Shown here one piece after another: positions 32,421-41,599 of a DNA stretch of 64,000 bases (position 1 is its first letter; each line of letters opens with the position of its first letter). A program made the position numbers and the translations under genes. Source of the stretch: Pirellulales bacterium (GTDB lineage: Bacteria; Planctomycetota; Planctomycetia; Pirellulales; JAICIG01); assembly GCA_040901675.1 (NCBI GenBank), contig JBBDYJ010000041.1:10475-74474 (forward strand). The letters are read 5' to 3'. The notes under the pieces are model-generated. The model saw nothing but the letters and a program-made list of their open reading frames with translations. It was not told where the DNA came from and did no database searches.

Positions 32421-32954
32421 ATGAAAGCCGACGACCCGAATATCCTCTGGATCCAAGAGCCGCGGCTGGGCCTGGCCGGCAAGATGTACCTGCCGCTGCT
32501 GGTGCAGGGCCTGACCACGACCACCCGGCACCTGTTCGGCCCGAAACGGACGGTGAGCTTTCCGGAAGAACGTCCCCAGATCGACAACCCCTTGATCTAT
32601 CGGGGCGTACACCGGCTCAACAAGGACGAGCAAGGCCGCGTCAAGTGCGTGGCCTGCTTCCTCTGCGCCACGGCCTGCCCGGCGCATTGCATTGATATCG
32701 TGGGCGCCGAGAGTCCCTGGCCCGACCGCGAAAAGTATCCCGAGAGCTTCACGATCGACGAGCTGCGCTGTATCTATTGCGGCATGTGCGAAGAGGCCTG
32801 CCCGGTCGACGCCATCGAGCTGACCAGCCTGATGGACCTGACCGGCCGCAGCCGCGAAGAAATGATCTTCGACAAGGAGAAGCTGCTCAGCGTGTTCGAT
32901 CAGACCAAGGATGCCGAGCCGATGCGGTCGACCGAGCTGGGAGGAACGCTGTGA
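32421..32954 (+). CDS. nuoI: NADH-quinone oxidoreductase subunit I
   Basis: Two CxxCxxCxxxCP ferredoxin motifs. Confidence 0.97.
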   Translation: MKADDPNILWIQEPRLGLAGKMYLPLLVQGLTTTTRHLFGPKRTVSFPEERPQIDNPLIYRGVHRLNKDEQGRVKCVACFLCATACPAHCIDIVGAESPWPDREKYPESFTIDELRCIYCGMCEEACPVDAIELTSLMDLTGRSREEMIFDKEKLLSVFDQTKDAEPMRSTELGGTL

Positions 32955-33694
32955 CACCCGGGCAAATCATGCTGGCCTTGGCAACCGTGCTCTTGGCGGC
33001 CGGGCTGTGGTTGTTGCTGCCGCGCGGCGCACGGGGCCGGCGCGCCGGCGCCGTTCTGGCCGCCGCCGGGCTGGCACTGTTGGCTTGGCAAGTGGCCCGC
33101 TTCGACGGCCGGCACTGGGGCGCCGAGGCGGTTTTCTGGGCTCTGGCGGCCACCACCGTTGTCTCCGCATTGGGGGCCGTGACCATGCGCAGCCCGGTCT
33201 ACTGCGCCATCTGGTTCGCGCTGACGCTGCTGGGCACGGCCGGCTTGTTCCTGTTTCAGGGCGCGCAGTTTCTCGGCGTGGCCACGGTGGTCGTCTACGC
33301 GGGAGCTATCCTGGTCACCTTTCTGTTCGTGCTGATGCTGGCCCAGCCCCGCGGCCAGACCCACTACGACCGGTTGAGCTGGGAGGCATTGCTGTCGGCC
33401 TCCACCGGCGCGATGCTGGTCGGTATGTTGACCGCGGTGCTGGTCGGTCAAACCGGCGAGAAGGAACCTGGTTCCGCCGCGGCCGCTCTGGCGACAACCA
33501 TCAGCCAGCACGATCGCGAGCAGCGGATCTTGCATCCCCAGCACGTGGCCCAGCTCGGCGGCCAACTGTTCAGCCGCCACCTCGTGGCCATCGAGGTGGC
33601 CGGAACGCTGCTGCTGGTTGCGCTGGTGGGCGCGGTGGCCATCGTCAGCCACGGCAGGCCCGCGGCGGTCGGGGAGGGATCGGACCGTGGCTGA
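32951..33694 (+). CDS. nuoJ: NADH-quinone oxidoreductase subunit J
   Basis: 'VYAGAILVTFLFVLML', 'IEVAGTLLLVALVGA'. Confidence 0.93.
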   Translation: MTPGQIMLALATVLLAAGLWLLLPRGARGRRAGAVLAAAGLALLAWQVARFDGRHWGAEAVFWALAATTVVSALGAVTMRSPVYCAIWFALTLLGTAGLFLFQGAQFLGVATVVVYAGAILVTFLFVLMLAQPRGQTHYDRLSWEALLSASTGAMLVGMLTAVLVGQTGEKEPGSAAAALATTISQHDREQRILHPQHVAQLGGQLFSRHLVAIEVAGTLLLVALVGAVAIVSHGRPAAVGEGSDRG

Positions 33695-34130
33695 ACTGGA
33701 GCTGCTGCACCGCTATCTGGCGTTGGGAGCGCTCTTGTTCGGCATCGGCGTGGCCGGTTTTCTCAGCCGCCGAAACATGATCGTCATGTTCCTCGCCGCC
33801 GAAATGATGCTGCAAGGCGTCTCCCTCAGCCTGGTCGCCTGGGGCCGCTTCCACAACGACTGGGGCGGGCAGGTGCTGGTGATCTTTGTTCTCACCGTGG
33901 CGGCCTGCGAGGCGGCCATCGCCCTGGCCCTGATCCTGATGTTGTTCCAGCAAAGCGGCGAGCTGGACATCGCCTTCTGGCAGCACGTGCGGGAGGCCAA
34001 CCAGCCCCCCTTTGTCGATCGCGAATTGCCCGACGAGCCGATCCAGATCGAGCACTGGCCGACGTTGCCGCCGGCAGGCGTCGAGCCGGAGGTCAGCCTC
34101 GAGGAGATCCTCCACCGCAGCCATGTTTAG
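33687..34130 (+). CDS. nuoK: NADH-quinone oxidoreductase subunit K (C-terminal extension)
   Basis: 'RRNMIVMFLAAEMML', 'VAACEAAIALAL'. Confidence 0.93.
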   Translation: MAELELLHRYLALGALLFGIGVAGFLSRRNMIVMFLAAEMMLQGVSLSLVAWGRFHNDWGGQVLVIFVLTVAACEAAIALALILMLFQQSGELDIAFWQHVREANQPPFVDRELPDEPIQIEHWPTLPPAGVEPEVSLEEILHRSHV

Positions 34131-36303
34131 CACCCCAACCTTGATGGTGCTGGTCCCCGCGCTCCCCTTGGCGGCTTCGTTGATCACCGCCGCCCTGGGC
34201 AAGCGCGTGCTGCGAGAGCAGAGCCACCTGCCGACCATCGTCGCGCTGGTCTTGTCGTTCGTGCTCAGCATGTTCCTGTTGTTCGACGTCCGCGCGGCCG
34301 CCCAGCGGGCTGAGCAGCCGGCGACCGGCGGCGCGGCGGCCCAGCCGGCTGCCGTGGGCGTCGAGCTTTTCCACACGCTCTGGACGTGGGCTGTTGTCGA
34401 GGGGGCCGCCGTCGACGACGCCTATGCGGCCGGATCCCATTCCGACGCTGCCGCGGGCCAGGTCAGCCGGCGGACGAGCGGCGATCGCGACTTCCGCGTC
34501 GACGTGACGCTGCGGGCCGACCCCCTCACCGCGGTCATGCTGGCCATGGTCACGTTCGTCTCATCGCTGGTCGCCATCTACTCGGCCGGCTACATGCGGG
34601 GCGATCCGGGCTACTGGCGGTTCTTCAGCTACGTGTCGCTGTTCGTGTTCTCGATGACCATGCTCGTCTCGGTCAGCAACTTCGTGTTGTTGTACGTGTT
34701 CTGGGAGGCGGTCGGTGTCTGCAGCTATCTGCTCATCGGCTTCTGGTACGAGAAGCCGGAGGCCGCGGCCGCCGGCAAGAAGGCCTTTCTGGTGAACCGC
34801 GTCGGAGATTTCGGCTTCGCCCTGGGCCTGTTTCTGCTATGGACCACCTATGGCACGCTCAACTTTCACGACGCGGACCGCGTCGGCCGGCCCGTGGCCC
34901 TCGGGGCGGAAGTGGCCAGTGGCAGTGAGGTGGCGGTCGAGGGAGTGCTCGGCCAGTCGCGGCTCGCCGCTTCCGGCCTGAACTACGTGGGCGGCACCGT
35001 GGGCCTGGCGATTTGCTTATGCCTGCTGGCCGGCGCCTGCGGCAAGAGCGCGCAGTTTCCGCTGCACGTCTGGCTGCCCGATGCCATGGAGGGCCCCACG
35101 CCGGTCAGCGCCCTGATCCACGCCGCCACGATGGTCACGGCCGGAGTGTACCTGGTCGCCCGCTGCGCGCCCTTGTTCGCGGCGGCGCCCGAGGCGCGGC
35201 TGGCCGTGGCCGCCGTCGGCTGCTTCACCGGCCTGCTGGCCGGCATCGTCGCCATGACGCAGAACGATCTGAAGCGCGTGCTCGCCTGGTCCACCATCAG
35301 CCAGTTGGGATACATGTTTCTCGGCTTGGGCACCGGCACGCTGGCCGGCATCACGGCCGGAATGTTCCACCTCTTCACGCACGCCTTCTTCAAGGCCCTC
35401 TTGTTCCTTGGCGCCGGCAGCGTGATGCACGCCATGGGAGGCGTGATCGACATCCAGCGGCTGGGAGGTCTCAGGCGCCTGCTCCCCTGGACCCACCTCA
35501 CCTTCTGGTGCGGCTGCCTGGCGCTGGCCGGCGTGGTCCCCTTCGCCGGCTTCTGGAGCAAGGATGCGATCCTGGCGGCGGTCCACGAGCGCAGCGGAGC
35601 CGCGGCCGACTACGCGGCCTTCTACCAGGTGCTCTACTTCGCGGCCCTGTTCACCGCCTTTCTGACGGCCGTCTACACGTTCCGGGCTTTGTTCCTGACG
35701 TTCTTCGGACCGTTGCGGATCCCGCCCGAAGCGGGCCACCACGCCCACGAATCGCCGCCGGTCATGCTGGTGCCGCTGGTGGTGCTGGCCGCCGGTTCGC
35801 TGCTGGTGGGCGCCTGGTTCGAGTGGACGCACGGCTTTGCCGACTTTCTGGCGCAGACACCATCGCTGGCTTACCGCGAGATCGAACACGCCGCCCACGG
35901 CAGTCACTGGCAGGTTGCCCTGCTCAGCACGCTGATCGCGGTGTCGGGCGTGGCGCTGGCCGCCTTCTTGTACCTGGGCGATCGGCGCAGGGTCGAGTTG
36001 CTGGCCGGCCTCGCCAGCTCGCCTTACGCTTTGCGGTTGTACCAACTGTCGTCGGGCCGGTTTTACTTCGACCAGATTTACCAGGTGCTCGTCGTGTGGC
36101 CGCTTTGGCTCGTCGCACAAGTGGCTTACTGGCTCGACCGCTGGCTGGTGGACGGCCTGGTCAACGCCAGCGGCCGCCTGCCTTGGGGCATGGGCTCGGT
36201 GTTGCGGGCCTTGCAGAACGGCCTGGTGCCGTTCTACGCGCTGGCCATGATGCTCGGGCTCCTGGTCTTGATCGGCACGCTGTTGTGGTGGCCCGGTTTG
36301 TAG
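34123..36303 (+). CDS. nuoL: NADH-quinone oxidoreductase subunit L
   Basis: 'GKSAQFPLHVWLPDAMEGPTPVSALIHAATMV', 'THAFFKALLFL'. Confidence 0.97.
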   Translation: MFSTPTLMVLVPALPLAASLITAALGKRVLREQSHLPTIVALVLSFVLSMFLLFDVRAAAQRAEQPATGGAAAQPAAVGVELFHTLWTWAVVEGAAVDDAYAAGSHSDAAAGQVSRRTSGDRDFRVDVTLRADPLTAVMLAMVTFVSSLVAIYSAGYMRGDPGYWRFFSYVSLFVFSMTMLVSVSNFVLLYVFWEAVGVCSYLLIGFWYEKPEAAAAGKKAFLVNRVGDFGFALGLFLLWTTYGTLNFHDADRVGRPVALGAEVASGSEVAVEGVLGQSRLAASGLNYVGGTVGLAICLCLLAGACGKSAQFPLHVWLPDAMEGPTPVSALIHAATMVTAGVYLVARCAPLFAAAPEARLAVAAVGCFTGLLAGIVAMTQNDLKRVLAWSTISQLGYMFLGLGTGTLAGITAGMFHLFTHAFFKALLFLGAGSVMHAMGGVIDIQRLGGLRRLLPWTHLTFWCGCLALAGVVPFAGFWSKDAILAAVHERSGAAADYAAFYQVLYFAALFTAFLTAVYTFRALFLTFFGPLRIPPEAGHHAHESPPVMLVPLVVLAAGSLLVGAWFEWTHGFADFLAQTPSLAYREIEHAAHGSHWQVALLSTLIAVSGVALAAFLYLGDRRRVELLAGLASSPYALRLYQLSSGRFYFDQIYQVLVVWPLWLVAQVAYWLDRWLVDGLVNASGRLPWGMGSVLRALQNGLVPFYALAMMLGLLVLIGTLLWWPGL

Positions 36304-36366
36304 TGACCGGATTTATCCGGTCCTTTACTGCTTGATGTTGATGCTGTTGCGGCCATTGAAACGAAC

Positions 36367-37998
36367 ATGGTGAACCTGCTCTTCGTGACCGTGTTTTTGC
36401 CGCTGGCCGGGGCTTCGGTGATCTGGATCCTGGCCGAAGGAGGCCCGAAGGTCATTCGCTGGATCGCGCTGGCCACCAGCCTGATCACGCTGGGGCTCAC
36501 CGGTTGGCTGGTGATGCACTATCCCCAGGGCGTTCCCGGCGTCGATGCCGCCTGGCTGTCGCCATCACCTGGCGGCGCCCCCGACATCCGCTTCAGCCTT
36601 GGCCTCGACGGCCTCAGCCTATGGCTCTTTGCCTTGAGCGCGCTGTTGATGGTCACCAGCGTCCTGGTGAGCTGGGAGGCGATCAGCGAGCGGCCGGTGG
36701 CCTTCTACTCGCTGCTCTTGGTGCTCGAGACCGGCATGCTGGGTGTCTTCGCCGCTCGCGACATCATCCTGTTCTACGTCTTCTTCGAGTTCACGTTGGT
36801 CCCCTTGTTCTTCCTGATCGGCATCTGGGGCAGCGAGGAGCGCCGGTATGCGGCGATCAAGTTCTTTCTGTTCACCCTGGCCGGCAGCCTGCTGACCTTC
36901 CTCGGGCTGCTGGCGATCGTGTTGATCGACTACCACCACTCGCCCTCGCGCACGATGACGTTTTCGATCCCCGAGCTGACCGCCCGCCTGGCCGAGCGGC
37001 CGATCGACGACAGCGTCCAGCTCTGGATCTTCCTGGCCTTGTTCGCCGGCTTCGCGATCAAGGTGCCCCTCTTCCCGCTGCACACCTGGCTGCCGCTGGC
37101 GCACGTGGAGGCTCCCACCGCCGGCAGCGTCATCCTGGCAGGCATCCTGCTCAAGGTCGGCACCTACGGGTTCCTCCGCTTCAGCCTGCCGATGCTGCCG
37201 GAGGCCACCGCCGCCTGCATGCCTTGGATCCTCTGGTTGAGCGTGGCCGGGATCATCTACGGGGCCCTGGTGGCGCTGGTCCAGACCGACATCAAGCGCC
37301 TGATCGCCTATTCCAGCGTCAGCCACCTGGGCTTCTGCATGCTGGGGCTGTTCGCGCTCAACCGGCTGGGGATCAACGGGGCCGTGCTGCAGATGGTCAA
37401 CCACGGCCTGTCGACCGGCGCCCTGTTCGCGTTGGTGGGCATGCTCTACGAACGCTACCACACGCGCCAGATCGCCGACTTGGGCGGCCTCTCGCGGCGC
37501 ACGCCTCTCTTGGCCTTCTTCATGGTCCTCTTCACCCTGTCAAGCATCGGGCTGCCGGGGTTGAACGGCTTTGCCGGCGAGCTGTTGATCCTGGTCGGCA
37601 TGTTCCAGCGTGCTTGGGCCGAGGCGCCCGCCGTCTACGCCGGTCAGTGGCTGACGATTGCCGTGCTCGCCGTGTTCGGCGTGGTGCTGGGCGCCTGGTA
37701 CATGCTATGGCTGGTCGAACGGGTATTCTTTGGCCCCCTGCGCGAGCCCCAGCACGACGAGCACGCCGCCGTGGTCCGCGATTTGTCGGTCCGCGAAGTG
37801 CTGGCCCTCGCCCCGCTGGCGGTCTTCGTGTTCTGGATCGGGCTCGTGCCGCAGCACTTTTTGAAACCGATGGAAGGCGACCTGAACCAGCTCGCCACCC
37901 AGCTCGGCGCGCGCGTCGAGCAGCGCTTCGGTCCGCCGGCCCGGCTGGACCTGGCCGCCACGCCGCAACCCAGCAGAGAACCGCCCCGTGTCGATTGA
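36367..37998 (+). CDS. nuoM: NADH-quinone oxidoreductase subunit M
   Basis: 'IKVPLFPLHTWLPLAHVEAPT', 'KRLIAYSSVSH', 'GLPGLNGFAGE'. Confidence 0.97.
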   Translation: MVNLLFVTVFLPLAGASVIWILAEGGPKVIRWIALATSLITLGLTGWLVMHYPQGVPGVDAAWLSPSPGGAPDIRFSLGLDGLSLWLFALSALLMVTSVLVSWEAISERPVAFYSLLLVLETGMLGVFAARDIILFYVFFEFTLVPLFFLIGIWGSEERRYAAIKFFLFTLAGSLLTFLGLLAIVLIDYHHSPSRTMTFSIPELTARLAERPIDDSVQLWIFLALFAGFAIKVPLFPLHTWLPLAHVEAPTAGSVILAGILLKVGTYGFLRFSLPMLPEATAACMPWILWLSVAGIIYGALVALVQTDIKRLIAYSSVSHLGFCMLGLFALNRLGINGAVLQMVNHGLSTGALFALVGMLYERYHTRQIADLGGLSRRTPLLAFFMVLFTLSSIGLPGLNGFAGELLILVGMFQRAWAEAPAVYAGQWLTIAVLAVFGVVLGAWYMLWLVERVFFGPLREPQHDEHAAVVRDLSVREVLALAPLAVFVFWIGLVPQHFLKPMEGDLNQLATQLGARVEQRFGPPARLDLAATPQPSREPPRVD

Positions 37999-39616
37999 AA
38001 CCATCTACGCCCTCGCGCCCGAAGTGATCCTCGTCGCCACCGCGACGCTGATCTACCTGGGCGCCGCCTTCTTGCCCGCTCGCGGCATCTGGCACGGGGT
38101 CGCCGCCGCCGGCTTGATCCTGGCTGCCCTGGTCCTGTTCAACCAGTCGTGGGGGCTCCAAGAGCCACTCGGGTCGGCGGCCATGGAAATCATGCGGGCC
38201 GGACCGTTGGCCATCGACGACGCCGGCGGTCTCGATCCACTCGCCCGCTACGGACGCTGGTTGACGCTGGTGGTCGGCCTCGCCCTGGTGTTGTTGTCCA
38301 AGCGGCCCCAGCCACAGGCTCTCGAGGGTGAGGCGGCCGGTACCCTGTTGCTGGCCATCGCCGGGCTGATGCTGGCCATTGCGGCCCGCGAGCTGGTCCT
38401 GTTGTTCCTGGGCCTGGAATTGATCTCGATCCCCACCTACGTGCTTTTGTACATGGGCCGGCGCGATATGCAGTCGCAAGAAGCGGCCGTCAAGTACTTT
38501 TTCCTCAGCATCTTGGCGTCGGCCTTGACGCTCTACGGCTTCAGCTTCCTGTATGGCATAGGCCGCTCGACCGACCTGGCGAGCATCGAGGCGGCGCTGG
38601 CCGCCGGCGGCGACGGCAGCGGAACATTGGCGGCCGTGGCCCTGGTGCTGATCTTCGCCGGGTTGGGATTCAAGATCGCGGCCGTGCCCTTCCATTTTTA
38701 TGCGCCCGACGTCTACCAGGCGACCACGCACGCCAACGCGGCGCTGCTCTCCGTGCTGCCCAAGATCGCCGGCCTGGTGGCGCTGGTGCGCGTGGCGGCC
38801 ATCGCCATGCCGGGATCGGAGAGCGTCGGCTGGCGGCTGGCGTTCATCCTGGCCGTGGCCACCATGACGCTGGGCAATGTGCTGGCCCTCTGGCAGGACA
38901 ACATCCGCCGGCTGCTGGCCTATTCGTCGATCGCCCACTCCGGCTACATGCTGCTGGGGCTCACGGTCGGGCTGGCTGGAGGCAGCGGCGCCGCTCGGTC
39001 GCTCGACGGCATCGGGGCCATGCTGTTTTATCTGGCCGTCTATTCGCTGGCCACCATCGGCGCCTTCGCCGTGCTCACCTGGCTGGGCACCAGCCACCGC
39101 CAGATCGACGGCGTCGACGAGTTGGCCGGCCTGGCCCGCACGCATCCCGGCACTGCCGCGGGCATGGCCGCCTTCATGTTCAGCCTGGCCGGCATCCCCC
39201 CCCTGGCCGGTTTCTGGGGCAAGTTCACCCTCTTCGGCAGCGCGCTGGTGGCCGAGCCGCCGGTCAGCTCGGTCTATCCCTGGTTGATCGCGCTGGCCAT
39301 CGTGGGCGCGTTGAACGCGGCCATCGGTGCGGCCTATTACTTGCGAATCATTGGCGTGATGTATTTCCGGGCACCGATTGCGGTGCCCCGGGCCGAGGGA
39401 GGTTGGGGCGCGGCCACGGCCATGCTGCTCTGCTCGGTGGCCGTCGTGGCGATCGGTCTCTATCCTGGTCCGCTGGTCGGCAGCTCCCAGCGCGCCAGCC
39501 AGGCGGTTCAGAAGGCAGAAGCCAAAAGGCAGAAGGATGAATCGGAACAAGCGGTCAGCCGCAACCAAAGCAAAGAAGCCAGAGAGCAAACTACAGATTC
39601 CAAAGTCGGGGCTTAA
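37988..39616 (+). CDS. nuoN: NADH-quinone oxidoreductase subunit N
   Basis: 'EAAVKYF', 'FKIAAVPFHFYAPDVYQ', 'RLLAYSSIAH', 'GIPPLAGFWGK'. Confidence 0.97.
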   Translation: MSIETIYALAPEVILVATATLIYLGAAFLPARGIWHGVAAAGLILAALVLFNQSWGLQEPLGSAAMEIMRAGPLAIDDAGGLDPLARYGRWLTLVVGLALVLLSKRPQPQALEGEAAGTLLLAIAGLMLAIAARELVLLFLGLELISIPTYVLLYMGRRDMQSQEAAVKYFFLSILASALTLYGFSFLYGIGRSTDLASIEAALAAGGDGSGTLAAVALVLIFAGLGFKIAAVPFHFYAPDVYQATTHANAALLSVLPKIAGLVALVRVAAIAMPGSESVGWRLAFILAVATMTLGNVLALWQDNIRRLLAYSSIAHSGYMLLGLTVGLAGGSGAARSLDGIGAMLFYLAVYSLATIGAFAVLTWLGTSHRQIDGVDELAGLARTHPGTAAGMAAFMFSLAGIPPLAGFWGKFTLFGSALVAEPPVSSVYPWLIALAIVGALNAAIGAAYYLRIIGVMYFRAPIAVPRAEGGWGAATAMLLCSVAVVAIGLYPGPLVGSSQRASQAVQKAEAKRQKDESEQAVSRNQSKEAREQTTDSKVGA

Positions 39617-39629
39617 TCGTCTTCGTATA

Positions 39630-39696
39630 GTAGCCCTCACGCTCCGCGTGAGGTAGCCGTATTCGCCTTGTCTCCTTGTCGCCCTGTCGCCTTGTT
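39630..39696 (+). repeat. GTAG-type REP hairpin followed by a (CCTTGTCN)n octamer tract
   Basis: TAGC-CCTCACGC-TCC-GCGTGAGG hairpin; CCTTGTCT CCTTGTCG CCCTGTCG CCTTGT. Confidence 0.65.
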
Positions 39697-39698
39697 TT

Positions 39699-41093
39699 AT
39701 GCCTCCTCCTCGCGCTGCCGCTACAGAGCTGGCCCGGATGCTCGACGCGGTGGACCAGCCGGTCTACGCGGTGAGCGAAGAGCGGCGGATCGTCTACTAC
39801 AACCGGGCCTTTCGCGAGTGGACCGACGCCGGCGACGAGCTCTTGGGCCAGGAGTGCCGCTATCACTCCAGCCCGGAAGCGGCCGGGCCCGCCGCACTGG
39901 CCGCCGCGCTGTGCCCGCCGCCCGAGGTGTTTGCAGCAACCGGACGCAGTGTTTCTTCCACCGTTCGGCTGCGCGACGGGGCCGCGGACGAATCCGAGCG
40001 CGCCGTCGAGTTCGTCCCGCTCGCCGGCGGCAGCCAGGTCGGTGGCGTTGTCGCTTTCGTCGGCGTTGCGGGCCAGCCGGCGGCAGCGAATGCGGACGCG
40101 GCCGAAGCCTCGGCGGCCGAGTTGCACGCCCGCGTTGCACGCTATCGGCGGCTGCTGGGGGCCAAGTATCAATTGGGCCGCCTCGTCGGCGAAAGCCTGG
40201 CCATGAAGCGGGTCCGTTCCCAGGTCGCGCTGGCGGCCACGGGCAAGGCCAGCGTCGTGGTGATCGGACCCGCGGGCAGCGGCCGGCAGCAGGTCGCCCG
40301 CACCATCCACTATGCCCAGGCCGAGGCCGCATCGGGCCCGCTGGTCCCACTGGCCTGCCCGCTGCTGGGCGCCGAGCTGTTGCAATCGACCATCCGCGCC
40401 TTGGCCCGGCCCAAGCAGGGCGAACGTGGTCCACTCGCTCCGCAAGTGGTTGATGCCGCCCGGCTGGCCAGCCTGCTGTTGATCGATGCCGACCGTCTTC
40501 CCGCCGACGCGCAGGCCGAGCTGGCCGGCTTTCTCACGCTCGCCGATCTGCCGGTGCGGATCATTTCGACCACGCGGCGGCCCTTGCTCGAGCTTGCCGG
40601 GCAGAAGACTTTTCGGCCCGACCTGGCTTCGCTATTGAGCACGCTGGTGATCGAGATTCCGCCGCTGGCCGAGCGGCTGGACGATTTGCCGCTGTTGGCA
40701 CAGTGGTTTCTGGAGCAAGCCAATAGCCGCGGCCCCAAGCAGGTAGGCGCTTTCACGCCCGAGGCATTGGACCGGCTGCACGGCTACGCCTGGCCGGGCG
40801 GCGTCAGCGAGTTGGAAGCGCTGGTCAACGAGGCGCACGCCCGGGCCGAGGGTCACGAGATCATGCCGCGCGACTTGCCCCCCCGGATCGACCTGGCCGC
40901 CGAGGCGTCCGCCCGTCCGCGCAAGGTGGAAGAGGTGATCGTCTTGGAGGAGTTTTTGGGCCGCATCGAGCGCGAGCTGATCGAGCGCGCCTTGAAGCGT
41001 GCCAAGGGCAACAAGACCAAGGCCGCCCGCCTCTTAGGCATGACCCGCCCCCGCCTCTACCGCCGCCTCGTCCAGCTCGGCCTGGAGGGGTAA
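39699..41093 (+). CDS. PAS + degenerate sigma54-type AAA+ + Fis-HTH regulator
   Basis: N-terminal PAS-like domain; 'LVGESLAM', 'IPPLAER', 'YAWPG', 'GNKTKAARLLG'; Walker A reads GPAGSGR and GAFTGA is absent. Confidence 0.88.
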   Translation: MPPPRAAATELARMLDAVDQPVYAVSEERRIVYYNRAFREWTDAGDELLGQECRYHSSPEAAGPAALAAALCPPPEVFAATGRSVSSTVRLRDGAADESERAVEFVPLAGGSQVGGVVAFVGVAGQPAAANADAAEASAAELHARVARYRRLLGAKYQLGRLVGESLAMKRVRSQVALAATGKASVVVIGPAGSGRQQVARTIHYAQAEAASGPLVPLACPLLGAELLQSTIRALARPKQGERGPLAPQVVDAARLASLLLIDADRLPADAQAELAGFLTLADLPVRIISTTRRPLLELAGQKTFRPDLASLLSTLVIEIPPLAERLDDLPLLAQWFLEQANSRGPKQVGAFTPEALDRLHGYAWPGGVSELEALVNEAHARAEGHEIMPRDLPPRIDLAAEASARPRKVEEVIVLEEFLGRIERELIERALKRAKGNKTKAARLLGMTRPRLYRRLVQLGLEG

Positions 41094-41143
41094 ATGCCGT
41101 GAGACGTAACCAGGCCCGCCGGTTCGCGGCCAGCGGGCAAAAG

Positions 41144-41599
41144 CTAGAGCCCTGGCGGAAGCAGAACGGAATGATGCATCTTCAACCAATCCATCACGTC
41201 GCTCCGTAGTTGCTTGGCGGCATCCAAAAGATCGGTTGCTTCCTCGTCGCTCACAACGCCGATCTCGTCGTAGACGACTTGCCCTCTGAGCCTGGAGCAC
41301 CGTTCGATGTGATCGGCCACCGTGGACCATGGGGCGCCCAGCGTGTACCGGAGCGAGTCGATGCTGCGTTTGTGGTGCCCCTGCCCCTTCTTCACAACGT
41401 AGCCCGAGGCCTTGAGCGCTATGATCGTCAGTTGGAGCGCCGCGTCGTAGGCATGCTGGAAGCGGCCATCGGAGCTAAGGCCATGCACCTGGGCATCGGA
41501 GATGTCCCGATCAACGACTTGGAACCCCTTTTGGATTCCCGCGACCGTGGCTTCAAACGGTTGAAGCCAGCCGTTCCGCAACCATTGCTCTAAGCTCAT
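41144..41599 (-). CDS. HEPN-domain toxin
   Basis: All-helical ~151 aa; 'RFQHAYDAALQ', 'ALKASGY...GHH', R-x4-Y 'RLRGQVVY'; overlaps the 3' end of the MNT-bearing gene by 47 bp. Confidence 0.85.
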   Translation of the reverse strand: MSLEQWLRNGWLQPFEATVAGIQKGFQVVDRDISDAQVHGLSSDGRFQHAYDAALQLTIIALKASGYVVKKGQGHHKRSIDSLRYTLGAPWSTVADHIERCSRLRGQVVYDEIGVVSDEEATDLLDAAKQLRSDVMDWLKMHHSVLLPPGL

